Under the pieces are notes generated by a model. That model saw only the letters and a list, made by a program, of their open reading frames with translations, had not been told where the DNA came from and made no database searches. From NCBI GenBank assembly GCA_951406725.2, contig OX597828.1:20026001-20090000 (forward strand): a DNA stretch of 64,000 nt. Reading direction: 5' to 3'. Source of the stretch: Octopus vulgaris (lineage: Eukaryota). Below, piece after piece: positions 15,218 through 29,374 of this stretch; the stretch's first letter is position 1; every line of letters begins with the position of its first letter. Made by a program: the position numbers and the translations under genes.

Positions 15218-15900
15218 TAAGTATATGAACTTATATTTGAAATACAGGACAATATAATGGATTTTATACATAATTATTCTGAATTGCTACAGAAGAATTA
15301 CTAAGGAGGCATATATCAATTTGAAAACTCTCATTCTAAAGTGTAGTTACCAAAATCAAAAGCTAGTAATTTTTCATTTATATTTCAAACAAACAACATT
15401 TTCCCATATTACTTCATATTAAAAAAAAAAAAACTACCGTTCGTTAAATTAAACAAATTTCACATTTGATATTACTGAGAGAAGAGTTATATATAAATGC
15501 TTATCGATAAAGGATTCCATTATTTTATATTATCTAAGTCTATGAAATATATTTGGAATACAAGACAATGTAATGGATATTACACATAACTATTATGGAT
15601 TATTATAGAAGACTAACCAAGGAAGTATATGTAGATTTAAAGACTCATACTAAATTGTACTTACCAAAATCAAAAGCAGTAATTTTTAATTTTTATTTCA
15701 AACAAACACCATTTTAGAGTATTACTTCAAATTTTTAAAAAACTACCATCCGATATATTATACAAAATTCAAATTTTATATCTCTGAAGAGCAGAAGAGT
15801 TGTCTATAAATGCTTATCAATATAGGATTCCATTACAGGGACAGCACTTCTGTGAAACGATCGTAAGGTGCTTTAAAAACTCAATTAAAATCTTTTAAAC
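15218..15900 (+). mobile_element. Partial tandem Penelope-like 3' end / pseudo-LTR pair
   Basis: Two diverged ~300 bp direct copies (15218-15522, 15535-15835); the second runs into a complete hammerhead. Confidence 0.65.
15779..15870 (+). ncRNA. Type I hammerhead ribozyme, extended stem II
   Basis: tatct-CTGAAGA-gcagaag.a.gttgtc[loop]gacagc.a.cttctgt-GAA-acgatcgt-A^aggtg; all three stems pair; GUA cleavage triplet. Confidence 0.8.
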
Positions 15901-16182
15901 TGTCATATACATTATATATACTTATACATATTTACATATATTTATATATATTATTATTTTTAATACAACAATTATTTTAAACATGTATATATCTTTCTGA
16001 AGAATTTTCTAATATTGATTTCCTGATATTAATAATAATATATTATAAAAAATATATAATCGCTCGTATTAAATACATGAATATTTTAATAGTAATAATA
16101 CTTTGATAAATAGAGCACTCAATATAAATTCAGTATATAATATTCTCATTGAATATATTTAACGTAAGATGTATATATATAC

Positions 16183-16214
<32 letters not shown>

Positions 16215-16693
16215 GGAGCAAGAGTGAGAGAAAGAGAGGGGAGAAAGAGAGAGAGAGAGTGAGAGAGAATCAGAAACAAACAGACAGACAAACACACCAT
16301 ACGTTTTTGCGTTGTGTTCCTCAGAAAAACACTTTATTTCATATTGCTTCTGTCCACACTGCTATCAAAACTGAGCAATCCTGTGTCAAATCGGTGTACT
16401 AACCAGAAGGAGGGTGGATAAATACACACACACGACTACACACCCACACACACACACATACGACCACACACACATACACACAGGACCACACACATATACA
16501 CACACACACACACGCGCGCGCAGACGCACACATATATATATAGGTATTGAGGCTCTAATGAAAAGTAAAGTGTTACCCATGCACACAGCTATGAGAGTCC
16601 ACCACATTTTGTAGTGGAAACAGCTGTAAGCCAATGAAGCGTATACGATAATCAGGTACTCCATTCTCACCTCTTTTCTCATACATATATACA

Positions 16694-17210
16694 CTAGCAG
16701 TATCGCTCGGCGTTGCTCGGGTTTGTAAGGGAAATAACTATATAAGCATTTTTAGAGAGTTACTTCCTTTATAGATGCCAATTCGGGCTTTCTTAGCCAT
16801 TTCTGTTTTGGTGTCTTCAAGCCATGAAGTCGTTGTTCTAAAAGAACGCTGGTCTCCTTGACAACGCATTATGACGTTGATTTCCTTAAACTCCCTTCCC
16901 CACAGCTTCACGAGGGAGGGAAGAAGGGGGAAAAGCAAACACAGGTGCAGGTGTTTGAGCGTGGACGCCAACTCCGCCGCCATCGACACACGAAAAATTA
17001 TGCATTAAAATGGAATAAAAAATTATGTTAAATTATTTTTAAAATCGTAGACTCATCGTAGACGCGCGCTAATAGCCAGACGGGCTCGATATGAATCACG
17101 ACTATAAGATACCCGAATTTGGTTAAACTGCACCGCAAAATGTGGGAGGAGTTAGGAATCTAAATCGTAGGAGACAGACACTCACACAACTACAGTTTTA
17201 TATATATAGA
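16694..17210 (-). mobile_element. Non-autonomous Helitron
   Basis: Minus strand A^TCTATATATATAAAA, GC-rich subterminal stem (cccgagcaacgccgagcg), CTAG^T end, inserted between A and T with no TSD. Confidence 0.85.
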
Positions 17211-17292
17211 TATGTATACAAAGATATATATATATATTAAACACATACACCCATATCTATCTATGTATGTATCTATCTATAGACATATATAG

Positions 17293-17355
<63 letters not shown>

Positions 17356-17380
17356 ATATATATATATATATATATATATA

Positions 17381-17526
17381 CTTTACTTAAAGCAGCAGAA
17401 AATTCTACAAAACAGAGTAACAGGTTTTGTAGAATTTTCTGCTGCTTTAAATAAAGCATATTACTCTACCACTGGTATTTGAGTACTCTTTTTTTCAACT
17501 TTGTTTCACATTTATGTGTTTACTCC

Positions 17527-17529
<3 letters not shown>
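17381..17529 (+). mobile_element. (TA)n-embedded fold-back element, Penelope-like pLTR relic
   Basis: Inverted arms 17381-17412 / 17425-17456 plus a tail; near-identical to 38008-38231. Confidence 0.75.
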
Positions 17530-17584
<55 letters not shown>

Positions 17585-17897
17585 CTCACCCACCGACAAA
17601 CCCAAATATGTATGAATAAGACTTTTGTCTACATCTATGTGTCTGTGTACATGCGTCTTTATCTATATCAGTGTGAGTATACGTGTGTTGCGTGTGTTTG
17701 TGTATGTGTGCTCGTGTATGTGTGTGCGTGTGTGTGTGTGTGTGTGTACTTGTACACGTTTTTATGTATCTTTCCTGTAGTATATACACTAAAGAGCACT
17801 TTTACTAAAGCACTGTATTGACTGTATAGGCACGGCAGCCATATTTACAATCACATCCACTAATCACTCTCTTTCTCTTTCTCGCAATGCCTTTCGA

Positions 17898-17951
<54 letters not shown>
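17898..17951. repeat. (ACT)n microsatellite
   Basis: Direct read. Confidence 0.95.
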
Positions 17952-17952
<1 letters not shown>

Positions 17953-18205
17953 GTTTCCTTGTCTCAACATTTTGCGGCCATTTAACTTCAACGAAAGTGA
18001 ATATTCATAAGAAGTTAAATGCCATGCTCCAGGACAGAGTGAAATGCCACGAGCAAGATTAGAACTTACAACCTATTAACTCTCTTTGTTTAAAGGAGAT
18101 AAAAGAAAAAAAAATCACGTTTCTTTATATTGATGTTTTTCTCCCCTTCTCTATCTTCTTATAACATAATATATAAATATGTGCGAGTACGGTATAAGTA
18201 GAGTA

Positions 18206-18360
<155 letters not shown>

Positions 18361-18598
18361 GTATCTATATATATGTATGTATATATATACATGTATATAT
18401 AGATATGTATATTCATATATATATGTATATATATATGTATATCTGTGTATATGTATGTATATTGATATTTATATACATATATATGTATAATATATAATTA
18501 TGTGTGCATATATATGTGTATATATATGTATACATATGTATATATATGTATATATACACGTGTATATATATGTATATATATGTACATATTTATATATG

Positions 18599-18638
<40 letters not shown>

Positions 18639-18639
18639 A

Positions 18640-18674
<35 letters not shown>

Positions 18675-18860
18675 GCGGATTGATTTGGTGCGTATTTGTA
18701 TGTGTACTTATTGACATCCATACACATACAGATATCAATGAGTGGACGGCTTCGTTTTTTTCATAGCGTGTGTACATTCGTGCGTGTGTGTGTATCTGGC
18801 AAGCATCTGTTAGCGTGCGCGCCTGCTGGAATGTGTTTTCTTTTGTGTGTGTGTTTATGT

Positions 18861-18891
<31 letters not shown>

Positions 18892-19019
18892 AAGGAGAGA
18901 GAGAGATAGAGAAAAAAATGAGGCGATATAGAGCGAGGAGGAAAATATATTACGAATATAACGAAGTCTAGTAGTTGTATCATTATTGTTAACATCATCA
19001 TCATTATTCGTTTTCTTGC

Positions 19020-19062
19020 CGTTGTTGTTGTTGTTGTTGTTGTTGTTGTTCTTCTTCTTCTT

Positions 19063-19093
<31 letters not shown>

Positions 19094-19875
19094 TTATTAT
19101 TATTATTGTTTGTCGTAGTAGTAGTAGTAGTAGTAGTAGTAGTAACAGATATGATTGTGGTATTGGTAGGAGTGATCCTGGTGTTGTGATTGTGGTTGTG
19201 GTTTTGCTGCAGGTTTTTTTTAATATTTTTTTTGTAATATGATAATAGCGGTAGTGGTCGTAATGAAAATGGTATTGGTGCTGGCGTTTGTGGTGGCTGT
19301 AATACTGGTGGTGGTTTTAGCTGTGATAGTGGGGATAGTGAGGATGGAGGTAGAAGTGGTAGTTTTCGGCAATGCTAGCTACAATGTTAGTTTTGGTAAA
19401 GATAATGGCGATTTTGGTGGATGCGACGACGAAGGTGTTGGTAGGAGAAGTGTTATGGTGAAAGGGAGTAGAGATGATTTTGATGGTGGTGGTGATGGTG
19501 ATGGTTTTGACGGTTTTGCTGGTGATGGCGGTGGGGGCCTAGTGGCGTTGATGACAGTGGTAGTAGTGTTAGTGGTGGCAGGGATGCTACTCGTTATTGT
19601 GGTGATGTTTTGATGGCCATAACGATGGAGGTGGTAGTGATGGCTGTGGTGTAGCATAACAATGGTAGCGGTTGTGTGGTTGTAGTGGTGATGGTGGTTG
19701 TGAGTTGTGGTGGATGTAGTGACAGTGATGGTGGTGGAAGTGGGTTTGCTGTTGTTGATGACTGTGGTGTTTCTTGCGATGGTGCTGGTAGTAGTGGTCA
19801 TGGAAACGGTGGGGATTTTGGTGGTGTGGATGGCCATGATTTTGGTAGCGGTTGTTGTGTTGATAGTGGTTGTCT
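19020..19875. repeat. Compound trinucleotide repeats and GT-rich cryptic simple sequence
   Basis: (gtt)n(ctt)n(att)n(gta)n followed by degenerate ggt/gat/gtt triplets. Confidence 0.85.
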
Positions 19876-20703
19876 AAGATGGAAATATATAAAAAAAAAA
19901 GAACAAAAGAGAAGAAATAATAAGAACTCAGAGAGAGAGGGGGTAGAGAGAGAGAGAGAAGAGGTAGAACGCGAAAATATGGCGAAGTCACGTTATCACG
20001 AGAAGGCATTTGTGAGTAAATAGCGAAAATAAGAAGTAAGGAAAAACAGGAAAAGACTAAAAGCGGAGACGAGAAAGGAAGTCATGGAAGGAAGAGGTAA
20101 AAACAACAACAACAACAAAAAAACAAACCCTAAATAAGTGGGATAAGACAGTGTTTATATTCTAAATTACCTGTGTGTACTTTATTGATATGAAATAAAC
20201 GACGAATAATATTATGCTCTATCATGGCAAGAAATACCACTCATGCCGCCATTTCAGGAGATCAAACAACAGAGAGATACGCGCTTATATCTGGTGTGTG
20301 TGTATATATCTGTGTGTGTGTGTCTGTCTGTACGTATGTATGTAGGTATGTATGTATGTATGTATGTATGTATGTATGTATGTATGTATGTATGTATGTA
20401 TGTGTGTGCGTGCGGATGTATATATTGGTGTGTGTTTTCTTTTTCTGAAGTTATATATAGCAACAGTCAAGCATTAAACTGAAAGATAAATCAATAGCTT
20501 TCATATTACAGACAATCATATTTATTTTCGTTTTTCAATAGAAAAAGTTAAGCAGTTACTTGGAAGATTCTTCCTAGTAACCTTCGTGAGATAGGTGGAC
20601 GGAAGTTGCTAAGTCGAAACTTTGAGTAGCAAACTTGTAAAATCATATACATATATGCACACATAGATAGATAGATAGATAGATAGATACATACATACAT
20701 ACA

Positions 20704-20735
<32 letters not shown>

Positions 20736-21075
20736 GAGATAAACGCATGTGTGTGTGTGTGTATGTATGCATGTCAAAGGTTAGCCGAGTTAGAGGTTAA
20801 AACAACCGTCTAAGGGATAGAAGTATCCATTACACTAACGGTATATTACCTATGCTTCACCATAGGTATACATATCCAAACATAAATTATAGGTAAAGAC
20901 AAGAGATGCAATCTATTGGTATCAAATTATTAAATAAGAAATGATATGTCAATTGTTGTTCAATATTTCCCCATTTTCTCTTTTCTTGAAATTATGTATC
21001 TAAGTATGCATGTGTGTAGATTAGTATGTTTTAGTTTATGTATGTCTTCTCATGCATATACTTGCATATCTAGAC

Positions 21076-21790
21076 TTAAATGATAAACTTCTGGAAAGTT
21101 TTACAGATATTTACAGTTCCAGTGATTGTTTGGACCTGTAGTCTTTGAATCAGCTTTCTCCTTTCTGGTTTTGGGAAGCCTAATTTCTTAAGATTGGTAT
21201 TTAGGCAGTATGTTACATATCGCAGTGCCCCAATAATTACAGGTATAAACCTGAACTTGTAATCTGTATAGAGTAACTGCAGATTTCTCAAAAGCTTAAC
21301 GTAGGTATTCTCTTTTTCAGTGATCTTCAGCCTTATGTTGACATCCAACGGGCAGCTGATTTCCACAATTGTACAGTTTCACTTTTCTATCCCAAATTAC
21401 TATGCCAGGTCTATTGTTTTTATATTTTATTGAGGTTTTCACTTGGATATTCCACAAGTACTCCTTATTATGAATGGCTATGGTTTCTACCATACTGTGG
21501 GTTCTTATTTCTTCTTTGTCCTCGGGGTTATCTGTCCGAAGGATCTCGTTATACCGTATCCTAGCTAATACATTATGTCTCATCAGTAGATAATACTTAT
21601 GGTGTGGTCAACTGCTTATGATGCGGGTGATAACTTCGGTGTTAACTCCACAAAGCCTGCATCGGTTGCCACGTTTTACTGCTTTTCCTGCATCTCTGTC
21701 CCTTTTGTGCATCAGGTATTTGGTTGATATTTCCTGGATTGCAATCGCATAATCTGTTCCTGGATTGCAATCGCAAACCTTCAAACCACA
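21076..21790 (-). pseudogene. R4/Dong-type non-LTR retrotransposon 3' end (zinc knuckle plus restriction-like endonuclease)
   Basis: Frameshifted QEISTKY..CRLCGVNTEVITRIIS, RHN, NRPGIVIWD, EISCPLDVNI..EKENTY, IPVIIGAL. Confidence 0.88.
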
Positions 21791-22126
21791 TCGATCAGAC
21801 TTCTGCCTGTCTCAGTTTTTTTAAAATTGATTTCAAACAGTAATGGAACCAAGACGTCAAAGTTAGGGTCACTATTAGCATAACCTTTACCTTCAGAGAA
21901 AACATTTGCCTTTCAACTACATGTATATCCTGTACACACTTGCAAAGAAATCGAGATGCAGCGAGTACTCCTGTATTTTCAAGAGTACCCGAAGATGAAC
22001 AATGAAGAGGAAGAAATATTCATGGTGTTGAAAGGGTTACATCGTCATATGCGGGTGTTTACATTTTAATGTATCTCTGTGTGATGAACGCAGTGTCATG
22101 TCGTTGGAAAAGGTATTATAGCATAT

Positions 22127-22361
22127 CTTATTTCTTTACTACCCACAAGGGGCTACACACAGAAGGGACGGACAAGGACAGACAAAGGGATTAAGTCGAT
22201 TACATCTACCCCAGTGCGTAACCAGTACTTAATTTATCGACCCCGAAAGGGTGAAAGGCGAAGTCGACCTCGGCGGAATTTGAACTCAGAACGTAACGGC
22301 AGACAAAATACTGCTAAGCATTTCGCTCGGCGTGCTAACGTTTCTGGCTGCTCGTCGCCTT
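22127..22361 (-). mobile_element. SINE family A with target-site duplication
   Basis: Full-length match; flanked by tattatagcatat (22114-22126) and tatcatagcatat (22362-22374). Confidence 0.9.
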
Positions 22362-23389
22362 TATCATAGCATATGTGGCAAACGAAAATCATACAAACCG
22401 AACAGAACTAGAGAGATGTGAGTATCCAGCGCCATCGACACATTATGATGGGGTTCCAGTAACGAATACCCAACGAGAAACTGCACGTTTCGTCCTTGTA
22501 TTGGACTTGTCGGTCAATTACGGACATATTTACTTAATTATTTGAACCCTTGAGTAATATAAGAAATAACACCAATATGAATTGAGGAACAAGATAGTAT
22601 ATTTTAGAAAGTTCAGCATATCATTTAAGTATTTAATAAAAACCAGTTCTGTCATGAATACAAGGCATAACACTTTTGGATTTCTGCATATTCAGGCATT
22701 TCTCAAAGACATACCGACATAAAGGACGGTAGAGGAATTGGATATCCAAGCGAGGAGCAAAGATTATTTGCCAAATGTTTTCGTCGACTGTGTAACTTTT
22801 GCTTCCATAAAAATGGCAGTTATGAAATATGTTGCGTTGAGTTTTCTTCTGCAATTCGATAATCTTACAATTTTAGATTTGTGGATGAATAATCTACTTA
22901 GCATGCATAGGTTGTAAGGCAAGTAGAAGAATATAAAGACGAATTTTATATATGTACATGTTTGTGTATCTCTGTGTGTATGTATAGAGAATAAGGGAGT
23001 GAAACAGAATGAAGAAAGAAAAATAGAAAGACAATGGCATAAGAGGGATGGAATCAGAAAGAGAAAGGCGAGAAGGAACTGAACAGAGAAGTAGAATATA
23101 TTTGTACCTGTACACATACACATACACACGCACACACACACAGACACAGACACACAAACAGACAGACAGACACACACACACATACAACACATGTATATAA
23201 AGTAACTAAGAGTATCATCATTACAATGATATTGTGTATATATGTATATATATATATGTATATATGTATATATATATGTAAATATATATATATATATATT
23301 TATATATGAGCATATATATATGCATACATACAATGTATATACATTATACATATATACATATATATATACATATATATATACATATGCAT

Positions 23390-23464
<75 letters not shown>

Positions 23465-23791
23465 TGTGTATGCATATTGCATAAAGAGTTTATACAATAA
23501 TGACGAAGTAATAGGAGGAATAGTGAAGAAGGGAAGAAGAAAGGGAACGAAAAATGGTAAAGAATGACGTAGCCGGAGAGAAAGGAAGAAGGGGGAATAG
23601 AAACACAGAAAAAAGAATGGCGATTCATAATAATGGAGAAGAAGACAATTGGAGAATGCCAAAGTAAAAATGTCATGTGATCAGGTAAATGTCATGAAGT
23701 TGATTGACCCGGAACGGTATTACTAGATTACAATGACTCTGACCTTAGGTTACACGGTATGCATATATATATAATGTATGTATATGTATAT

Positions 23792-23877
<86 letters not shown>

Positions 23878-23915
23878 GTACATACATACATATATGTGTG
23901 TGCGTGTGTGTATAC

Positions 23916-24124
23916 GTTTGTGTGTCTGATTTTTTCTCCCAACATCACTTGATAACTGATGCTGGTTTGTTTACGCCCCCGTAACTTAGGGTTTGGCAAA
24001 ATAGGCCGATAGAATAAGTACTAGGCCTACAAATAATAAGTCTGAGGACACCGATTGAAGACGGTGCTCCAGCATGGCCGCATTCAAACGACTGAAACAA
24101 GAAAAAGAATAAAGGAATGAAAGA

Positions 24125-24125
<1 letters not shown>
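23916..24125 (+). mobile_element. SINE family B, 3' half
   Basis: gatgctggtttgtttacg...gctccagcatggccgca...gaaacaag. Confidence 0.8.
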
Positions 24126-24191
<66 letters not shown>

Positions 24192-24320
24192 TGTTGAAAT
24201 GGAAAGATGAATTTTCTTGTTACAGATTATTCAAAAATTTAACCGATACCTGGGTAGCAAAAATCACAGCATATATATATATATATATACACATATACAT
24301 ATACATATATATATACATAC

Positions 24321-25928
24321 TATTGACAATCCAGTAATTTATATAACGTAAATAATTATTAAAACCATAAACGTTTGAATTAATTTTTACAATCCAGCCG
24401 TCCTTTCGCACATAATTCCGTCTTTTTCTAAACCACGACCCAGAAGTGACTTTATATATAAGGGAACTGTGACTTTGTATGTTAGAAACAATATATATAA
24501 GTTGAAACAATATGTTGGCCTTTTATGGTTTTTATAATTATTTATGTTATATAATATAACGTTATGTTATAGTAGCAGCATAACCTGGCCTTGCCCGGGA
24601 TTAAGTTACGATCATTAAGCTAATCATGTTCTTTATTTCAAACCAAACTAAGTAATATCGACGTTAAATTTGAGCGAAATCCGTGGAAATTGGTTATATT
24701 ATATATATACATATTATATATATTAGATATATTATATATATATATATATATATTAGATATATTATATATATATATTATATATATATATAATATAATATAA
24801 TATAAATATATATGGGCAGCAGACACGAACACACATACACACACACGTACGTACACCACATGTTTTGTGCATGCATACATGTTCATAAACAGAAATGAAT
24901 GCAAAAATGTTGTTAAATTTGTAGATTAACACTCGCACGATTTTCGCGAAGAAAAAAATCGTTTTTTTTTGCGTGGAATCAACTACTCTGGCATCCTAAT
25001 ATGCTACAAATCCTTTTTTTGTGGTCCGTGAAACGGAGTGAGTGTGGTGGAAGCCTCGGAAATTGTACCCATTTATATTGTGTAATTCACTGACAAATTG
25101 TAACTCAACTCTTTGTTTCTTTGTTGTTAAATACATGGATTCTCAAAAAAACACTTTTTTACTCGGCGTAAAATAAAAGCAAAACTCTTTCGCGCCCAAA
25201 GTATTGTGTGTGTGAGAGAGAGAGAGGGGAGAGAAAGATGAGCGATTTAAAATAAATAAATGATTTAAAATAAATATATTGCAATTGTTGTGTGAGAAAG
25301 TATATATACTATGATTATAAAATATAGTGTCTTTCAAAAATATCCTGAATTTGAACACTATATCTCGTGTTTAAGAAAAAACAAAACATTTTACATTTTA
25401 TTTTTTATGAACGCCGTCACTTACTCTCTCTCTCTCTCTCTCTCTGACGTTGTCTTTCCCGTGAAACTCTGCCTCCTTCTTCCACTTTTATTTTATTTTA
25501 TTTTTTTTGTTAGACGCTGTCAAAAAGCTATGGCTGATATTTTTTATGGCTAAAAGCTATGGCTGAAAATAGAATTTTACCGCTATCCGCGGGTGCTTCG
25601 GGAAAAAAATAAGCTGACAAAACCCTGATAGGATGTTGACGAATGTCCTCGTAAAATTTGAGCGACATGCGTGCTAATTTGTGGATGTGCATAAACTACA
25701 ATCACGTACACACACACACATCTTGCCTTATATATATACAGATTATATTCATAGTATTTAACGTAATATTATAATATAATTAAATTATTGGATTGTCAAT
25801 AATATATCTCTATATTTAATTTATATTTGTAATTGAATTATATCACTATTTATATGGTATCCAACTGACGTACCAGTGAATTGGATGTTTAACACACCCT
25901 TTGGACGATTTCTTTCTCTTAGTTTGTT

Positions 25929-25930
<2 letters not shown>
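24321..25930 (+). mobile_element. Fold-back pLTR-like element interrupted by a Helitron
   Basis: Left arm 24321-24371 pairs with 24522-24553 plus 25782-25801; degenerate hammerhead at 24437-24520; ends in (TA)n. Confidence 0.55.
24572..25742 (-). mobile_element. Non-autonomous Helitron
   Basis: agtagcagcataacctggccttgcccggg resembles the 16694 terminus; the other end is tatatatatacaga^t (TC start on minus). Confidence 0.7.
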
Positions 25931-25971
<41 letters not shown>

Positions 25972-25996
25972 ATATATATACCTACATACATACACG

Positions 25997-26054
<58 letters not shown>

Positions 26055-26232
26055 TTATGAGAGGAAATGGTGTGTAAAGACCTGAAGGTGTCAGTTAATG
26101 CTGAGTAAGTGCTATGGACAGACTATAGTTAAGCTCCAGGTTTGGTGACTATGCGAATAAGGAGTCCAACGTAGGTCATAAATCAGCATGTGTATATATA
26201 AAGATTTTTAGAATGAGATAAAAATCCAAGTG

Positions 26233-26812
26233 GTTGGGAAGTAAACTTCTTACCATAGAGCAACGCTTCTACTCATACACACAGGCGTGCGCGCAGACAT
26301 ATACAGAGCAAATAATTCAGGAGAAAAATATTTGCGAAGATATTATTGACTCTGTTATTATCTAGTGTAGCAATTAAAACTGATATTAACAGAATCAATA
26401 ATATAGACGACTGCAGGCCTACGTAAGTCCAAATACTTGAATGTATGTTGAAAGACTGTCTGGACCCGTTTGCTCGCGGACGGTTGTTTTCTCTAGTTAC
26501 TATCAGTATTTTCTTGGCGATTTAAATAAGAGTGTTGACTGTTATCACTAGCAGGTAGACATACTATGGGAAAAAGGATTGGTGGAAGTGAGAGACGATA
26601 AGCGAATTAGAGTCAAGAGGAATTTGAAAAAGAGAGGGAGAGATTGAGAGTATAGTGAGATGGGTAGCGGATGCAGGAAGATGTATGAAGCGAGGTAAGT
26701 TTAACTGCATATTTGGGACAGTGAGATGGAGAGACAGAGAGAATAAGAACTATAACGAAACTGAAATTTCAAGTAGGTAAAAAAATATCAGTAAAATGAA
26801 GGGACTAAAGCG
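26233..26812 (+). repeat. Local segmental duplication, copy 1
   Basis: Colinear with 28646-29374, e.g. catatacagagcaaataattcagg and caaatacttgaatgtatgttgaaagactgtctggacccgtttgctcgc. Confidence 0.9.
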
Positions 26813-27250
26813 TTTCCAGAAAATGTGCAAAAAATCTACGTTCGCTTATTACTTTTCTTTCTACTTTTTACTAAACATTTCGTCATTCATCAGATGCTTT
26901 TTACCTTGGTTGTTATTCTTTCTTCTTTTTTCCAACTTAACTATACGCTTTACTAATTTTTCTCATAACACGCTCCCTCTCTCTGATCTCTTCCCTATCA
27001 TGTATGTGATGTGAAGTATGTATTATTCTCAGAGAATTTTACCGCTTCCCTGAAGAGGGCTTTTGTCCAAATCGTTGCAAAATTTCCTCATATGTAAGGA
27101 ATCTTAACTTTATAACAATATGTATATGCTTATGCGTATGCTTTGTACGTGTATGTGGGTTTGTGCATGTGTACGTGCGTGGGACCTATCTGCATACATA
27201 CATACATACATACATACATACATACATACATGCATATATATACATATATG

Positions 27251-27319
<69 letters not shown>

Positions 27320-27383
27320 AAACTCATAAATATGTATCTATGTATATATGCAATTGTATATCTTTATGGATAAACTTTCCCTT

Positions 27384-27421
<38 letters not shown>

Positions 27422-28097
27422 CATACATATATGCATACACATACATATAGATAGATTTATTTGTATAGGTGTGTGTGTATGTGTGTGTGTACGTCTGTGC
27501 ATGTGTTTGGGATGGGTAGATGTGTGTGATTTTGCATATTCGCAATTACATGTAGGTATATACGAGAGATACAACCTACTACAGTTGATGTAGTGACATA
27601 AAACCCGAAAATAATTTTTAATCAATTGAACTAGCGGTAATGGAAAGATGAAAGGATAATTTCTCTGTTGATTGGTAGTTCGCCTTTATGGCAAGGGAGA
27701 TAATCGTCTCACCAGAATCCATTTTACTAATATTTTTATATATTTTTTTGTGTTAGGTAAAAATAATAAACGATATCTTTATGTACTTATATCATTAAAT
27801 TTTATTCCTTTTAGCGTCTTCTTTTTAATCATAAATTCCTTATCATTTAATTGATTTGCTCAAACGATTATTTATGTTCATGTAAAGCAAGGTAGAGAAA
27901 TTCCCAACTTTCAAGTAATCAAAATTTAAGTCAACTTATATGGAACACAATGAGAAGTGGAGAGAATTGGACTTACGGTTGCTAAGGTGACTACTCCAGA
28001 CATTATTATTGGAACTCCCCAGTGAAGCATAACCAAAATAATGCTTCTAGTGAATATAAATACACACACACGCACACACGAATATATAGAGGCATAT

Positions 28098-28133
28098 AAC
28101 AATAACAAAAACAAAAACAACAACAACAATAAC

Positions 28134-28177
<44 letters not shown>

Positions 28178-28179
28178 GG

Positions 28180-28213
<34 letters not shown>

Positions 28214-28265
28214 TAATAATAATAATAATGATAATAATGGTAATAATAATAATAATGATGATGAC

Positions 28266-28358
<93 letters not shown>

Positions 28359-28372
28359 AAGATGATGAAGAA
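28098..28372. repeat. (AAC)/(AAT)n/(AAG)n compound microsatellite
   Basis: Direct read. Confidence 0.95.
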
Positions 28373-28645
28373 GGAAAAGAATAGCGTGTAAATATTTATA
28401 GCTTCATCTACTTTGAATACTGCCATTAAAAACAATCTATTTCATGTCTCTCGAATTTCTTATTGCGTAAGTCACACACACACATATAAACTGAAAGAAG
28501 CCCGTCGTATATATACAAATATATAGATATAAATATATATATATACGACAGTCTTCTTACAAGTCATTGGTCGGCCTAGGGAAATAGTAGAACCTATTGG
28601 CGCCGATGGTGGTGCGCAGTGAAACTGAACCCGGAAGCATGTGAT

Positions 28646-29374
28646 TGGGAACCAAACTTCGTACCACAGAGCAACGCTGGTACCTATACACAAACACACA
28701 CATCCAAACACACACACACGCACGCACACACATATACAGACACAGACACACACATATACAGAGCAAATAATTCAGGGGAAAAATATTTGTGAAGATATTA
28801 TTGACTCTGTTATTATCTAGTGTGACAATTAAAAATGATATTAACAGAACTAATAATATATATTTCTTTACTACCCACAAGGGGCTAAACACAGAGGGGA
28901 TAAACAAGGACAGACAAACGGATTAAGTTGATTACAACGCCCCCAGTGCGTAACTGGTACTTAATTTATCGACCCCGAAAGGATGAAAGGCAAAGTCGAC
29001 CTCGGCGAAATTTGAACTCAGAACGTAACGGCAGACGAAATACGGCTACGCATTTCGCCCGGCGTGCTAACGTTTCTGCCAGCTCGCAGAACCAATAATA
29101 TAAGCGATTGCATGCCCACGTGAGTTCAAATACTTGAATGTATGTTGAAAGACTGTCTGGACCCGTTTGCTCGCAGAGAGTTGATTTGAATAAGAGAGGG
29201 AGAGTGAAAGAGGAGAGAATGAGAGTATTGTGAGATGGGAAGCGGATGAAGTATGAAGAGGGGTAAGTTTAACTGTATATTTGGGACAGTGAGATGGAGA
29301 CACTGAGAATAATAACTATAACGGAAACGAAATTTAAAGTAAGTAAAAAATACCAGTAAAATGAAGAGACTAAA
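28646..29374 (+). repeat. Local segmental duplication, copy 2 (contains a SINE insertion)
   Basis: Colinear with 26233-26812. Confidence 0.9.
28861..29086 (-). mobile_element. SINE family A with 16-bp TSD
   Basis: cagaactaataatata (28845-28860) / cagaaccaataatata (29087-29102); empty site present in duplicate copy 1. Confidence 0.93.

Noticed and set aside
19379-19837. Thr/Pro/His-rich mucin-like ORF
   Set aside because: Several frames on both strands are open because of degenerate triplet simple sequence
22633-22854. 73-aa complex-sequence ORF
   Set aside because: No recognisable motif or second copy; cannot assign
26870-26900. CTGATGA...GAAAT on the minus strand as a hammerhead
   Set aside because: No stem II or stem I pairing; probably chance
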